Source: an uncultured Erysipelotrichaceae bacterium
GTDB taxonomy: Bacteria > Bacillota_I > Bacilli_A > RFN20 > CAG-826
NCBI GenBank assembly: GCA_902803285.1
Contig: CADCPC010000069.1
Coordinates: forward strand, 1 to 50,729
Length of the DNA: 50,729 nucleotides
Direction of reading: 5' to 3'
Below the pieces are notes generated by a model. That model did not search any database. It saw only the letters and a list, made by a program, of their open reading frames with translations, and was not told where the DNA came from. Of this stretch, positions 22,133 to 31,608 are shown one piece after another (the stretch's first letter is position 1; each line of letters opens with the position of its first letter). The translations under genes and the position numbers were made by a program.

Positions 22133-22900
22133 ATGGAAAATAAAGAAAATAGTAAAACCGAACTTGTGATAAAAGATATCGATTCAAAAAATGAAATCGA
22201 TATTTCCACTCAAAAAGAAGGCTTTAAATCCATCAGCTTAGTTAAAAAATTATCCCTCTTTTTAGTGGGATGCTTTGGAATATATTTGATCTCTCTGATT
22301 TTACTTTTAATCTTCAAAGCGGCTTCTGGGGGAACATACGATGAAGGAATACTTGAATTCATTGTTTATACAATCTTATTTGTAATTCTAGCCGCGATAG
22401 TAAATGTCGATGTTAAAAAACTAAAGGTTGATTTCAAAAAATGGCAAAATATCCTCATTGGTTTAGGCTTTGGAATTGTGATGATTGTCATACCAATTAT
22501 TTACACTACAGTAGTTAGTTTATTTTATGAATATAGCATTAATGATAACGAGTCTTCCTTAAGGGCTATTATTAAGGTATATCCAGTTGCTAGTGTCTTC
22601 ATTTTTGCTATTGTCGGACCTGTTTGCGAAGAGCTTACTTATCGAGTTGGATTATTCGGTTCTTTAAGCAAAATCAAATGGCTCGCATATGTAATAACAA
22701 TATTATTATTCGCATTCGCGCATTTCTCGTTCACGAGCAAACACATTATCGATGAGCTTGTTAACTTGCCAATCTACCTTATTTCTGGAGCGATTATGGC
22801 TATAGCTTATGATAAGTTTGGATTCTTAGCTTCTACTACTGCTCACATCGCCAATAATCTATATGCAGTAATAGGTACAATTATTGCAGTAAATATGTAA
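22133..22900 (+). CDS. CPBP (CAAX) family intramembrane metalloprotease
   Basis: Polytopic, with 'CEELTYR' (EExxxR) and 'FAFAHF' (FxxxH) motifs. Confidence 0.7.
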   Translation: MENKENSKTELVIKDIDSKNEIDISTQKEGFKSISLVKKLSLFLVGCFGIYLISLILLLIFKAASGGTYDEGILEFIVYTILFVILAAIVNVDVKKLKVDFKKWQNILIGLGFGIVMIVIPIIYTTVVSLFYEYSINDNESSLRAIIKVYPVASVFIFAIVGPVCEELTYRVGLFGSLSKIKWLAYVITILLFAFAHFSFTSKHIIDELVNLPIYLISGAIMAIAYDKFGFLASTTAHIANNLYAVIGTIIAVNM

Positions 22901-22904
22901 AATT

Positions 22905-23801
22905 ATGCGCAAATTCCAAATAATTTCTTCGTTTTTAATAAAAGTTATCGCAATTTTGTGCATGACTTTGGATCATATTGGTCTATTTTTAAGATACCTA
23001 AATCCTTATTCAAATCTCTACATGACTTTATGCACAGTTTTTAGGTCTTTCGGTAGGCTCGCTTTACCTTTGTTTATCTTTATGATTATCGAAGGCGTTT
23101 TGCACACAAAAAGTATTAAAAAATATTTGTTAAGATTAGGGATAATGGCGGGCATAATTTCTATTGCGATTGCTATTATCACTTATGTTAATTTTGGACT
23201 TTCCACTTCGATGATTGAGGGCTCAGGCAATATATTCTTAGATTTGCTTCTTATTGCTGTATCGGTATATCTATTAAATCAAGATAACAAATGGAAAAAG
23301 TTATTTATACTACTTCCGATAGCATTATCTATTATATCTTTTAGCGTTAAATGTTATGAAACTGCTAATAATGTAAGCATTTATTGGTTCCCAACTTTCT
23401 TATATCTACACGGAGACTGGTTCTCGCTTTTATTGGGTATAGGTTTCTATTATTCTTACAAGTTTGCAGATGGTTATATCTCTTATAAATCGGAAGAAGG
23501 AATTGATAAATCGGTATGGGAGATAAATGGCAATTATCGTCTATTGGTAGGCGCATTCCAACTAGCGGTCTTATTTATTGCTTCCATTCTTCTTTATGTG
23601 TTTAAATACTTAATTCCTACCGGCATATATTGGGATGCCGAAATTCAATTATGTGCAATTATTTCTGGAGCATTTATTTTGCTTTATAATGGTAAGAGAG
23701 GTTATAATGCGAAATGGTTCCAATATGGTGCATATTTGTATTATCCACTACACCTATTGGTATTAATTGTGATTTATATAATTATTTCTGGAGGATTATA
23801 G
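22905..23801 (+). CDS. TraX-family membrane protein
   Basis: Polytopic 298 aa. N-terminal 'KVIAILCMTLDHIG' is typical of the TraX family. Confidence 0.55.
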   Translation: MRKFQIISSFLIKVIAILCMTLDHIGLFLRYLNPYSNLYMTLCTVFRSFGRLALPLFIFMIIEGVLHTKSIKKYLLRLGIMAGIISIAIAIITYVNFGLSTSMIEGSGNIFLDLLLIAVSVYLLNQDNKWKKLFILLPIALSIISFSVKCYETANNVSIYWFPTFLYLHGDWFSLLLGIGFYYSYKFADGYISYKSEEGIDKSVWEINGNYRLLVGAFQLAVLFIASILLYVFKYLIPTGIYWDAEIQLCAIISGAFILLYNGKRGYNAKWFQYGAYLYYPLHLLVLIVIYIIISGGL

Positions 23802-23802
23802 A

Positions 23803-24108
23803 ATGATTAAACATGTTACTGAATTAAAAGAGCTTGAAGAATTAACAAAAGAAGGCACAGTTCTTGTCGACTTTTTTGCAACATGGTGTGGACCATGCAA
23901 AATGCTCGCTCCTGTTTTGGAAGAATTAGATGCAGATCCTTCTTTCGGTGTTCAAATTATTAAAATTGATACTGATGAAGCTGAAGACATCGCTAGAAAC
24001 TTCCGCATTCAAGCCATCCCTACTCTTATCTTATTTAAAGATGGCAAAGCAGTTAAGAGCCAACTAGGCTTCATGAGAAAAGATCAAATTATCGATTTTT
24101 GTAAATAA
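23803..24108 (+). CDS. trxA: Thioredoxin
   Basis: 'VDFFATWCGPCKMLAP' WCGPC active site. 101 aa. Confidence 0.92.
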   Translation: MIKHVTELKELEELTKEGTVLVDFFATWCGPCKMLAPVLEELDADPSFGVQIIKIDTDEAEDIARNFRIQAIPTLILFKDGKAVKSQLGFMRKDQIIDFCK

Positions 24109-24156
24109 TTTATTTGATAATGATTAGCGGGTGTTATAAAATAACTCTCGCTGAAT

Positions 24157-24230
24157 GCAGGCGTAGTTCAGTGGTAGAACATTAGCCTTCCAAGCTGACT
24201 ATGCGAGTTCGATTCTCGTCGCCTGCTCCA
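24157..24230 (+). tRNA. tRNA-Gly (anticodon UCC), CCA encoded
   Basis: Cloverleaf folded by eye: acceptor GCAGGCG/CGCCTGC, anticodon loop CT-TCC-AA, T-loop TTCGATT. Confidence 0.9.
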
Positions 24231-24240
24231 TTTATATATC

Positions 24241-24272
24241 ACAGCGTTCTAATAAGACGCTGTTTTATTTTT
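24241..24272 (+). terminator. Intrinsic terminator after tRNA-Gly
   Basis: Stem ACAGCGT (24241..24247) / ACGCTGT (24257..24263), followed by TTTTATTTTT. Confidence 0.75.
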
Positions 24273-24273
24273 A

Positions 24274-24302
24274 TTCAAAATTTATAAATCATTTATTATA
24301 AT
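24274..24302 (+). promoter_or_regulatory. Promoter TTCAAA-17-TATAAT, 9 nt upstream of ATG 24312 (no SD)
   Basis: TTCAAA 24274..24279 and TATAAT 24297..24302. Confidence 0.5.
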
Positions 24303-24311
24303 AAATCCGTT

Positions 24312-24518
24312 ATGAAAGAAGCTCTTAGAAAAGTTTATCCATTTTTACTACCTCCTGCTTGCTTTATTGCAGGAATACTTTCTATTGTTTTCTTCCTCTT
24401 TGGGCCGGTTGGTAAAGGTAAATGGGACATATTAGCCATTGGCATCGTTTGCATTGCCGCTGCAATCTTCGCGGTTATCATCGCATTAATTAATAGACAT
24501 CAAGAAAAGAACAAATAA
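24312..24518 (+). CDS. Small membrane protein (68 aa, 2 predicted TM helices)
   Basis: Hydrophobic ORF whose stop overlaps the rdgB start (TAATG at 24516..24520). Confidence 0.5.
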   Translation: MKEALRKVYPFLLPPACFIAGILSIVFFLFGPVGKGKWDILAIGIVCIAAAIFAVIIALINRHQEKNK

Positions 24519-25117
24519 TGAATTTCGAACTTTTAGTAGCCACTAATAACGCCCATAAGCTACAAGAAATCAGACAAATATTATCGCCATATCATATTAC
24601 TGTGTATGGCATGAAGGATCTAAACATCGATGTTGGAGAAATCATCGAAGATGGTGAGACTTATTTTGATAATGCTTTAATCAAAGCAAAAGCTTTACAA
24701 AAAGTAACCTCCATGCCTATTATTGCTGACGATTCTGGATTAGAAATCGAGGCTTTGGGTTGGAAGCCAGGCATCCATTCTGCTAGATATGCTGAAAGTT
24801 TCGGAGGCCACTTAAATACAATTAAACACATTTTAGAAGAGATTAAGGGCAAATCGCGTAGAGCAAGATTTGTTTGTGATATTGTTCTTGTTAATGTTGA
24901 AGATAAACCGCTCAAATTTGAAGGTATAGTTAATGGCGTTATCGCGGAAGAAATCCACGGAGAAGGTGGATTTGGATATGACCCAGTTTTTATCGAAGAT
25001 ACATTAAAGAAAACATATGCTTCAATGTCCCAAGAAGAAAAAAATCGAGTTTCTCATCGAGGAATTGCCCTCAAAAAATTACTCGCTTATCTAAGAATTA
25101 ATAATCTTGCTTATTAA
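24518..25117 (+). CDS. rdgB: Non-canonical purine NTP pyrophosphatase (RdgB/HAM1 family)
   Basis: 'LVATNNAHKLQEI', 'ADDSGLEIEAL', 'GFGYDPVF' and 'SHRGIA'. Confidence 0.88.
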   Translation: MNFELLVATNNAHKLQEIRQILSPYHITVYGMKDLNIDVGEIIEDGETYFDNALIKAKALQKVTSMPIIADDSGLEIEALGWKPGIHSARYAESFGGHLNTIKHILEEIKGKSRRARFVCDIVLVNVEDKPLKFEGIVNGVIAEEIHGEGGFGYDPVFIEDTLKKTYASMSQEEKNRVSHRGIALKKLLAYLRINNLAY

Positions 25118-26196
25118 TCGATTTGATTTTTATCTTTTCTTTTTAATTCATTGCTCCAAATAGCGTGAAAAACAAAGAAAACTACAGCGCCAACAAAGAA
25201 TAGTCCAGCAGCAATTATTAGAGCGATAAAGGCAACTAGATATAATTTATACATAAAAATAGCGGCAACAGCTGCTCCTATAGCTGAGGCTAGTAAGATG
25301 CCCACATATAAAAGAGAGCGTCTCTTCATGGTGATTATAGCTGTATAATCCTTAAAGATGTTGTCCTTAATATAGCGGCATTTTTTATTATTCGAATCTA
25401 ATGAAGATAGGCGATATCTGCTGAGCTTTGTATCAACATGTTTGTCTTCAACAAGTTTGACTTCAGCGTTGCCATTTCTTTTGATTCTATCAAAAGTGTA
25501 AACTTTGCCATCTGCGGTAACAAATTCACTTTCTCTTAAGAGTCTTGATTGCTCATCTATTTTAATTTCTAATAAATTAGTGAGGACTTCAGCTTTTTCA
25601 TCTTTATATCTTTTAGCAACATATTTTGTTTCATCTAAAAGAGAATTTTTAAATTTAAGAATGCTGTTAAGATGGACGAGATATAATTTGAGGCAATCAA
25701 CATCAAAGAAATAAGTCTTGAGTGATAATTTCTTTAATAATTGCTCGTGATATACGTCAACTATATTATTCATTCTTCTTAAGTTTTTAACATAGTTAAC
25801 ACTTTCATTAGATTTGCGGAAATATTTATCCGCCTCATTGTTAAGCATTGCTTCTGCATCATTGATATAAGAAGTGCGTACTTTAGAGGCAAATAAAAGT
25901 GAACAAATTCTACCTAATCTAGCACCCGCAGAAGTATTATCAAAATCGATAATATCCGCAAATTCTTGATATGCTTTAATAGCGTTGCCCTGATTAAGCA
26001 AAAGTTTATTTGCAGATTCAACTCTCTCATTTAAATAGTCATCATATGATCTAATAGCAACTTCAGGAGTTAATTCTCTTAAACAATGTGGGCAATAGCA
26101 AACTTTCGCATCAGGATTAACATGGAAAAAAGGTGGAATGTTATCAGCATCCACGATGTTTTTACAGTTAGGACATAAAGCTCTCTTTGTCGCCAT
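25114..26196 (-). CDS. Hypothetical protein: N-terminal zinc-ribbon (CPNC...CPHC), helical middle, two C-terminal TM helices
   Basis: 'CPNCKN-x24-CYCPHC', plus a hydrophobic C-terminus 'LLYVGILLASAIGAAVAAIF...LVAFIALIIAAGLFFVGAVVFFVF'. Confidence 0.55.
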   Translation of the reverse strand: MATKRALCPNCKNIVDADNIPPFFHVNPDAKVCYCPHCLRELTPEVAIRSYDDYLNERVESANKLLLNQGNAIKAYQEFADIIDFDNTSAGARLGRICSLLFASKVRTSYINDAEAMLNNEADKYFRKSNESVNYVKNLRRMNNIVDVYHEQLLKKLSLKTYFFDVDCLKLYLVHLNSILKFKNSLLDETKYVAKRYKDEKAEVLTNLLEIKIDEQSRLLRESEFVTADGKVYTFDRIKRNGNAEVKLVEDKHVDTKLSRYRLSSLDSNNKKCRYIKDNIFKDYTAIITMKRRSLLYVGILLASAIGAAVAAIFMYKLYLVAFIALIIAAGLFFVGAVVFFVFHAIWSNELKRKDKNQID

Positions 26197-26277
26197 AGAG
26201 CAAATTATATACCAAAATGAATTATTGGTTAAGTATTTGATTGGTAAGTTTTCTTAAATGTGATAATTTAAGAACGT

Positions 26278-27366
26278 ATGAAAATAGTTAAAGATGACAA
26301 AATCATCAATAAAATAAACACTTTATCTGAAATAAATGAACTTAATTTTTCTTTATCAGATATGTTTTTATCTTTGATAAATAATAACGAAATAGTTTCT
26401 CCTAAAGAAATTGAGATACTATCAAAAAAATTCTCTCAAAACGTGAAGGATGTTTATTACGATAAAATTCTAGAGTACTGGGATATCGATCCTGAAGTTG
26501 AAGATAACGAATATATCTTACAAACACATGTCTATCCAAATATCAATGAACTAGACATCGATGAATATTTAAATAATTCATATTATAAAAGCATTCATAT
26601 CAACAATATAAAATTGGGCCAATACGAATTAATCAATGACAAGTACTTCCCATACGAGATTTTTGCTTCTGACGATATCAAAGTCAGAGATGACTATACT
26701 GAGCAAACAAGTTTAGGATTCTTCAAAAAAGAAATATCATTCATTGCTTTAAATTACCAAGGTGTTACTTGGATGAGTGTGAATCCAAACGAGATTAAAA
26801 CCATGGAAAAGGCAATTAACTCTGCTAAGGGCAATGTTGTGGTTTTCGGACTAGGACTTGGATATTACCCATATATGATTTCCTTAAAGAAAGAAGTTAC
26901 TAAGATCTCTATTATTGAAAAAGATAAAAACATTATTAAAATCTTTAAAGAATACATCCTTCCACAGTTTGAATATAAAGATAAAATCACCATTATTGAA
27001 ACGGATGCTTTAGAGTATATTAAGCACCCATTAAAATATGATTTCGCATACGTTGATTTATGGCATAATGCAGAAGATGGACTTAACCTATACGCCAAAT
27101 TTAAGAATATTGAAAAAGACAATCCAAATTGTCAGTTTGCTTATTGGCTAGAAGATTCTTTTTGCGCTTTATTAAGACGTGCTTTTATATCTTTATTAAG
27201 TGAACAATTAGAAGGCTATAAAGACAATAACTACCAAAAGGCTGAGACCACTTTTGACACTATTATCAATCGCTTATACATAAAAACAAAAAATCTCCAA
27301 ATCACTTCGGAAGAGGAGATTGATCGACTATTAACTGATAAATCTTTATTAGAATTATATCTTTAG
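26278..27366 (+). CDS. Class I SAM-dependent methyltransferase / spermidine-synthase-fold protein with an unknown ~180-aa N-terminal domain
   Basis: 'VVVFGLGLGYYP' (motif I), 'ISIIEKDKNIIKIFKEYILPQF', and 'IIETDALEYIKHPLKYDFAYVDLW' resembling the SpeE layout. Confidence 0.4.
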   Translation: MKIVKDDKIINKINTLSEINELNFSLSDMFLSLINNNEIVSPKEIEILSKKFSQNVKDVYYDKILEYWDIDPEVEDNEYILQTHVYPNINELDIDEYLNNSYYKSIHINNIKLGQYELINDKYFPYEIFASDDIKVRDDYTEQTSLGFFKKEISFIALNYQGVTWMSVNPNEIKTMEKAINSAKGNVVVFGLGLGYYPYMISLKKEVTKISIIEKDKNIIKIFKEYILPQFEYKDKITIIETDALEYIKHPLKYDFAYVDLWHNAEDGLNLYAKFKNIEKDNPNCQFAYWLEDSFCALLRRAFISLLSEQLEGYKDNNYQKAETTFDTIINRLYIKTKNLQITSEEEIDRLLTDKSLLELYL

Positions 27367-28643
27367 CTTTTACGTATGATTCCAAGCTCATCTGACATCT
27401 TTTGAACCTTATCATAGATGTCAGAAATTTTTTCTTTTATGCGGAATTTGCCATCAAAATAAAGGATTTTTCCATTAATCATGGTCATTTTCACTATATC
27501 CTTAGAGCCGCTATAAACAAGGTTGCTAATTATATTGTTAATCGGTTGCATAGATGGTTTTTGTAAATCAATCATGATTATATCTGCATATTGACCAGGA
27601 CATAGGTATTTGGCCTTATCTAATCCCATTGCAATTGCCCCATTAACCGTTGCCATTTTTAAGACTTCAAAAGCTGGGAGAGAAACTGGGTCTTTACTGA
27701 TTATCTTTTGTAAACCAGTAACTAGATACATTTCTCTAAACATATCGAGAGCGTTGTTGCTTGCTGGACCATCTGTGCCAAGAGCAACGTTAACCTCATT
27801 TGCTAACAACTTTTTAATCTCGGCTACACCACTAGCAAGTTTCATATTGCTGGCTGGACAACTAACAACAGTGATGTGTCTTTTCTTTAATATTTCAATG
27901 TCTTTATCACTTAAATAAACACCATGGAATATCGCTCCACCATAATCGTAGAAATGTAGTGAATCAAAGTATTCTAGAGGGCTCATTCCTCTTCTAGAAA
28001 GGCAGTCCTCTACTTCACTTGCTGTTTCTCCTAAATGAGTATAGAAAGGAGAATGTGTTTTTTCTAATAGTTCAGCAGTTTTATCAAACATATCTGGCTT
28101 GCCTGTATATTCAGCGTGCATACCAATAACAAACTTTGATAAACCATCTTTTTCGTTATTGTATTCATCATACATTTTTAAGATTTGCTCATTAGGTCTA
28201 ACTTTTTCATCATACATTCCTAATATGACATTTCTGAAGCCAAATTCATCGCATGTTTCTTTGAATTCTTCTGGAAAAAAGTATTGGTCTAAACAAGCGG
28301 TTGTTCCACCACTTATATATTCTAATAAGGCAACCTTAGATAATTCTCTTATATGTCCTTTTCTTAGATTGTCTTCTCTAGGGAATATTTCTTTGAATAA
28401 CCAATCATGTAAAGAAGAATCATCTGCTTTGCTTCTTAAGAATGTCATCGCACTATGAGTGTGAGCGTTTTTAAATCCCGGCATTAATAAATTGCCTTCA
28501 CAATCAATCACTTCGTCGTATGAAGCAGATAAATCGACTTCGCCAACTTCTTTTATGAGGTTATCTTCTATAACCACACTACCTTCGAAGATGTGGCCAT
28601 CCTTCATTGTTAATATCTTCGCGTTCTTGAATAATATTTTCAT
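27363..28643 (-). CDS. mtaD: Amidohydrolase, 5-methylthioadenosine/S-adenosylhomocysteine deaminase-like
   Basis: 'MPGFKNAHTHSAMTFLR', 'HLGET' and 'GTDGPASNNALDM'. Confidence 0.78.
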   Translation of the reverse strand: MKILFKNAKILTMKDGHIFEGSVVIEDNLIKEVGEVDLSASYDEVIDCEGNLLMPGFKNAHTHSAMTFLRSKADDSSLHDWLFKEIFPREDNLRKGHIRELSKVALLEYISGGTTACLDQYFFPEEFKETCDEFGFRNVILGMYDEKVRPNEQILKMYDEYNNEKDGLSKFVIGMHAEYTGKPDMFDKTAELLEKTHSPFYTHLGETASEVEDCLSRRGMSPLEYFDSLHFYDYGGAIFHGVYLSDKDIEILKKRHITVVSCPASNMKLASGVAEIKKLLANEVNVALGTDGPASNNALDMFREMYLVTGLQKIISKDPVSLPAFEVLKMATVNGAIAMGLDKAKYLCPGQYADIIMIDLQKPSMQPINNIISNLVYSGSKDIVKMTMINGKILYFDGKFRIKEKISDIYDKVQKMSDELGIIRKS

Positions 28644-28702
28644 GAGATTATTCTATCTCATTTTTTGCTTTTATTGCTACGATATGATCGTAAAATATAA
28701 AC

Positions 28703-29617
28703 ATGCACCAAAAAGCGATTGAATTTATTGATAAAAACATCAATGAATCATTTGAAAATAAAACCATTGTCATTACTGGTGGCAATTCCGGCATTGGAAA
28801 AGAAGTAGCTCTTCAATGTGCTTATTTAAAAATGCATATCATTATAGCGGTTCGTTCTTTAGAAAGAGGGAGTCACGCTATTGAAGAGATTAAAGTAGAA
28901 TATCCTAACGTTAATATTGAATTAGCGGAGCTAGATTTAAGTAACACTGAATCCATACGTAATTTCGCTAATTATATTATTAAAAATAATATCGATATAG
29001 ATTATTTCTATCATAATGCTGGCGTGTATCGTTTACCTTATCAATTAAAAGAAGGACGTGAATTAGTAGTCTCCACCAATTATTATGGTCCGTATCTACT
29101 AACTTCTTCACTACTTGATTGTCTTCATCAATTGCCTCATCCAGTAAAGATGATATTTACAAGTTCTATTGCGGCAAAATGGGCAAAAGATGATATTTCT
29201 ATTTTGCTGCCTAAAGAAAAAGTGAGTCGCAAACAAAGATATGCCAATAGCAAACTACTTGATGCTTATCTATTTAAATATCTATTTGATAACGATAAAA
29301 ATAATATCCACTATATCTTAGTTCATCCAGGAGTGACCAATACTTCTCTATTTGAGAAGGCATATAAAAGCAAACTATTTGTAAAAACCGCTAATATATT
29401 TATCAAAATTTTTGGTAATCCTTTATGGAAAAGCGCTTTAACGACAATCTATGCAGTTTCTAATAATGGGAAAGAAGGGACTTTTTATGGGCCAACACAT
29501 TTCTTTAACGTAGTTGGATATCCGCATAGAAACAAGTTCCTTGATAAAAGATATGGTAATGTCCAAAAAATAATCAATAAAACCGAAGAGTTAACAGGAC
29601 AGAAATTATTAAAATAA
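28703..29617 (+). CDS. Short-chain dehydrogenase/reductase (SDR) family oxidoreductase
   Basis: 'ITGGNSGIGKE' (TGxxxGxG), 'NAG' and 'YANSK' (YxxxK). Confidence 0.8.
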   Translation: MHQKAIEFIDKNINESFENKTIVITGGNSGIGKEVALQCAYLKMHIIIAVRSLERGSHAIEEIKVEYPNVNIELAELDLSNTESIRNFANYIIKNNIDIDYFYHNAGVYRLPYQLKEGRELVVSTNYYGPYLLTSSLLDCLHQLPHPVKMIFTSSIAAKWAKDDISILLPKEKVSRKQRYANSKLLDAYLFKYLFDNDKNNIHYILVHPGVTNTSLFEKAYKSKLFVKTANIFIKIFGNPLWKSALTTIYAVSNNGKEGTFYGPTHFFNVVGYPHRNKFLDKRYGNVQKIINKTEELTGQKLLK

Positions 29618-29670
29618 TTATTAAAGTAATGAATTATTTGTGATATGATAACAAGCGTTCACTGAAACAC

Positions 29671-29761
29671 GGAGTAATACCCAAGTTGGTGAAGGGGCTT
29701 CCCTGCTAAGGAAGTAGATCGGGCAACCGGTGCGAGAGTTCAAGTCTCTCTTACTCCGCCA
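29671..29761 (+). tRNA. tRNA-Ser (anticodon GCU), long variable arm, CCA encoded
   Basis: Acceptor GGAGTAA/TTACTCC, anticodon stem CTTCC/GGAAG with loop CT-GCT-AA, T-loop TTCAAGT. Confidence 0.88.
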
Positions 29762-29772
29762 TTAAGTTAATT

Positions 29773-29800
29773 AGAGATTGGTTAATGCCAATCTCTTTTT
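29773..29800 (+). terminator. Intrinsic terminator after tRNA-Ser(GCU)
   Basis: 9-bp stem AGAGATTGG / CCAATCTCT (29773..29781 / 29788..29796), followed by TTTT. Confidence 0.75.
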
Positions 29801-29836
29801 CTTAATATTTATTGGCTTAAGATATAATATAACTAT

Positions 29837-30937
29837 ATGAACATTACAGATTTTTTTAATCTTTGTAATCTCCATCCTTGGGCTTATATTGCTACGATAA
29901 TCAACTTTGGAGTTGTTTTTGTTAATGGTTGGACAGATGGCCCTAACGCAATTGCGACTGCTGTTACTACTAGAGCAATTAAACCAAAGCCAGCGGTTAT
30001 AATGTGCGCTTTATTAAACGCTGCCGGAGTTATTGTTATTGGAGCTTTTTCTAGTTATATCTCTGTTTTGGTTGGAGGAGATGTTTCTCAAACTATCGCA
30101 AGCTTAGTAAATTGGGGTACCGCTTCTATTGACCAAATACTATGCGCTATCGCCTGTGGCTTATTAGCGATTATCGTAGTTAGTCTTATTTGCACATTTT
30201 TTGGTTTCCCATCAAGCCAAACCAACTGTTTAATCGGAGGCATTACAGGAGCTGGACTTGCCTTATTAGTTTTAGGGAAAAACGCTTCTATAGGTGCTTC
30301 TCCTTGGATAAAAGTCTTAATCGGTTTCTTTGGTTCGTTAGTGTTAGGTTTTGTTTTAGGCTATGGATTAACCTTGTTAATTCAGTTGATATTTAAGAAA
30401 GTTACTAGAGGCCGTTCTACAAGATTCTTTAATGTTGGCCAAGTGGTAACAAGTGGCTTAATGAGTTTTATGCATGGGGTACAAGACGGAGCTAAATTCT
30501 TGGGTATCTCTATTCTTATTGCTGCTATTTTAAAAGCTAATAGCGGTTCAGAATACGGAGAAGCTTTATTAGCGTTATCAGGAACTTGGTGGCTATATAT
30601 TCCAGTTGCTGTATTTATCACATTAGGAACAATGATGGGTGGATATAAGATTATTAAAACCATGGGCAAAGGTATGGCTACACTTCAAAAATTCCAAGCC
30701 TTTGCGACAGATATGGCAGCTTCTATTGGTTTATTGCTTGCCACCATCTTTGGTTTACCTGTTTCAACAGGCACAGTGAAAAGCACTGCGATTATGGGTG
30801 GAGGTGCCGCTAAAAGCTTTAGAAGAGTGAAATGGCCAACTGCTGGAAAGATGGTCATGTGGGGAGCAATCGCTTTCCCATTTTCGGCTATATTTGGCTT
30901 TATTTTAACTTTGATATTTATATGGACATGTCATTAA
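29837..30937 (+). CDS. pit: PiT-family inorganic phosphate transporter
   Basis: 'NGWTDGPNAIAT' PHO4 signature, repeated 'HGVQDGAK', polytopic. Confidence 0.85.
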   Translation: MNITDFFNLCNLHPWAYIATIINFGVVFVNGWTDGPNAIATAVTTRAIKPKPAVIMCALLNAAGVIVIGAFSSYISVLVGGDVSQTIASLVNWGTASIDQILCAIACGLLAIIVVSLICTFFGFPSSQTNCLIGGITGAGLALLVLGKNASIGASPWIKVLIGFFGSLVLGFVLGYGLTLLIQLIFKKVTRGRSTRFFNVGQVVTSGLMSFMHGVQDGAKFLGISILIAAILKANSGSEYGEALLALSGTWWLYIPVAVFITLGTMMGGYKIIKTMGKGMATLQKFQAFATDMAASIGLLLATIFGLPVSTGTVKSTAIMGGGAAKSFRRVKWPTAGKMVMWGAIAFPFSAIFGFILTLIFIWTCH

Positions 30938-30949
30938 GGAGGATTAATC

Positions 30950-31582
30950 ATGTTTAAAAAGAAAAACAACAAATCAAATTATTATTTTGATTCATTCCCA
31001 ATTCTTGCTCATTTCTCAACAGAATGCGGTCAACTCATTTTAGATTTTATGGAACACTTTGACCCTTCAAAATTAGAGGAATTTAAAACTGCTGTTCACG
31101 AGATTGAACACAAAGCTGATAATGTCAAACATGAAGTGACCGCTAAACTATTAACCGAATTTATGACTCCTATTGATAGAGAAGATATTTTTGAATTATT
31201 AAGATTAATCGATGATGTTACTGATGCTGTAGAAGAAATATCTCTCAAATTATATTTATATAATTACACAGAACTTCCTGAAGATAGCGCTGAATTCACT
31301 AGATTAACCCTTGAATGTATGATCAAAACAGAAGAATGTCTAAAACATTTCCCTGATTATCTCAACAAAAAAGTATTTGATCCTTATGTTCAAGAAGTAA
31401 TCAAACTAGAAGAAGAGGGTGATAGGAGATATATCCAAGATGTTCATAATTTATATTTAAAAGAAAATGACCCCCTTAAGATCCATAAAGCAGAAGCTAT
31501 CTATAGCATGCTAGAAGATGTTTCCGACCACTGCCGTGAGGTATGTAGGTTTGTGCAAAACATCGCTCTTAAAAACATTTAA
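30950..31582 (+). CDS. DUF47 / PhoU-like phosphate-transport accessory protein (YkaA-like)
   Basis: About 205 aa, helical, 'HEIEHKADNVKHEV...PIDREDI'. Adjacent to pit. SD AAGGAGG. Confidence 0.72.
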   Translation: MFKKKNNKSNYYFDSFPILAHFSTECGQLILDFMEHFDPSKLEEFKTAVHEIEHKADNVKHEVTAKLLTEFMTPIDREDIFELLRLIDDVTDAVEEISLKLYLYNYTELPEDSAEFTRLTLECMIKTEECLKHFPDYLNKKVFDPYVQEVIKLEEEGDRRYIQDVHNLYLKENDPLKIHKAEAIYSMLEDVSDHCREVCRFVQNIALKNI

Positions 31583-31584
31583 AA

Positions 31585-31608
31585 AAGGCCTTTGGCCTTT
31601 TATTTTTT
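31585..31608. terminator. Bidirectional terminator
   Basis: AAGGCC-TTT-GGCCTT hairpin (31585..31599), flanked by A6 and T-rich runs. Confidence 0.65.

Noticed and set aside
30190-30669. ORFs 30190..30396 (+) and 30382..30669 (-) inside pit. Also ORFs 41686..42524 inside rnj, and ORFs 42884..43105 and 43265..43486 opposite maf.
   Set aside because: They lie in alternative frames or antisense within conserved genes. Their composition is typical of out-of-frame translation in AT-rich DNA.
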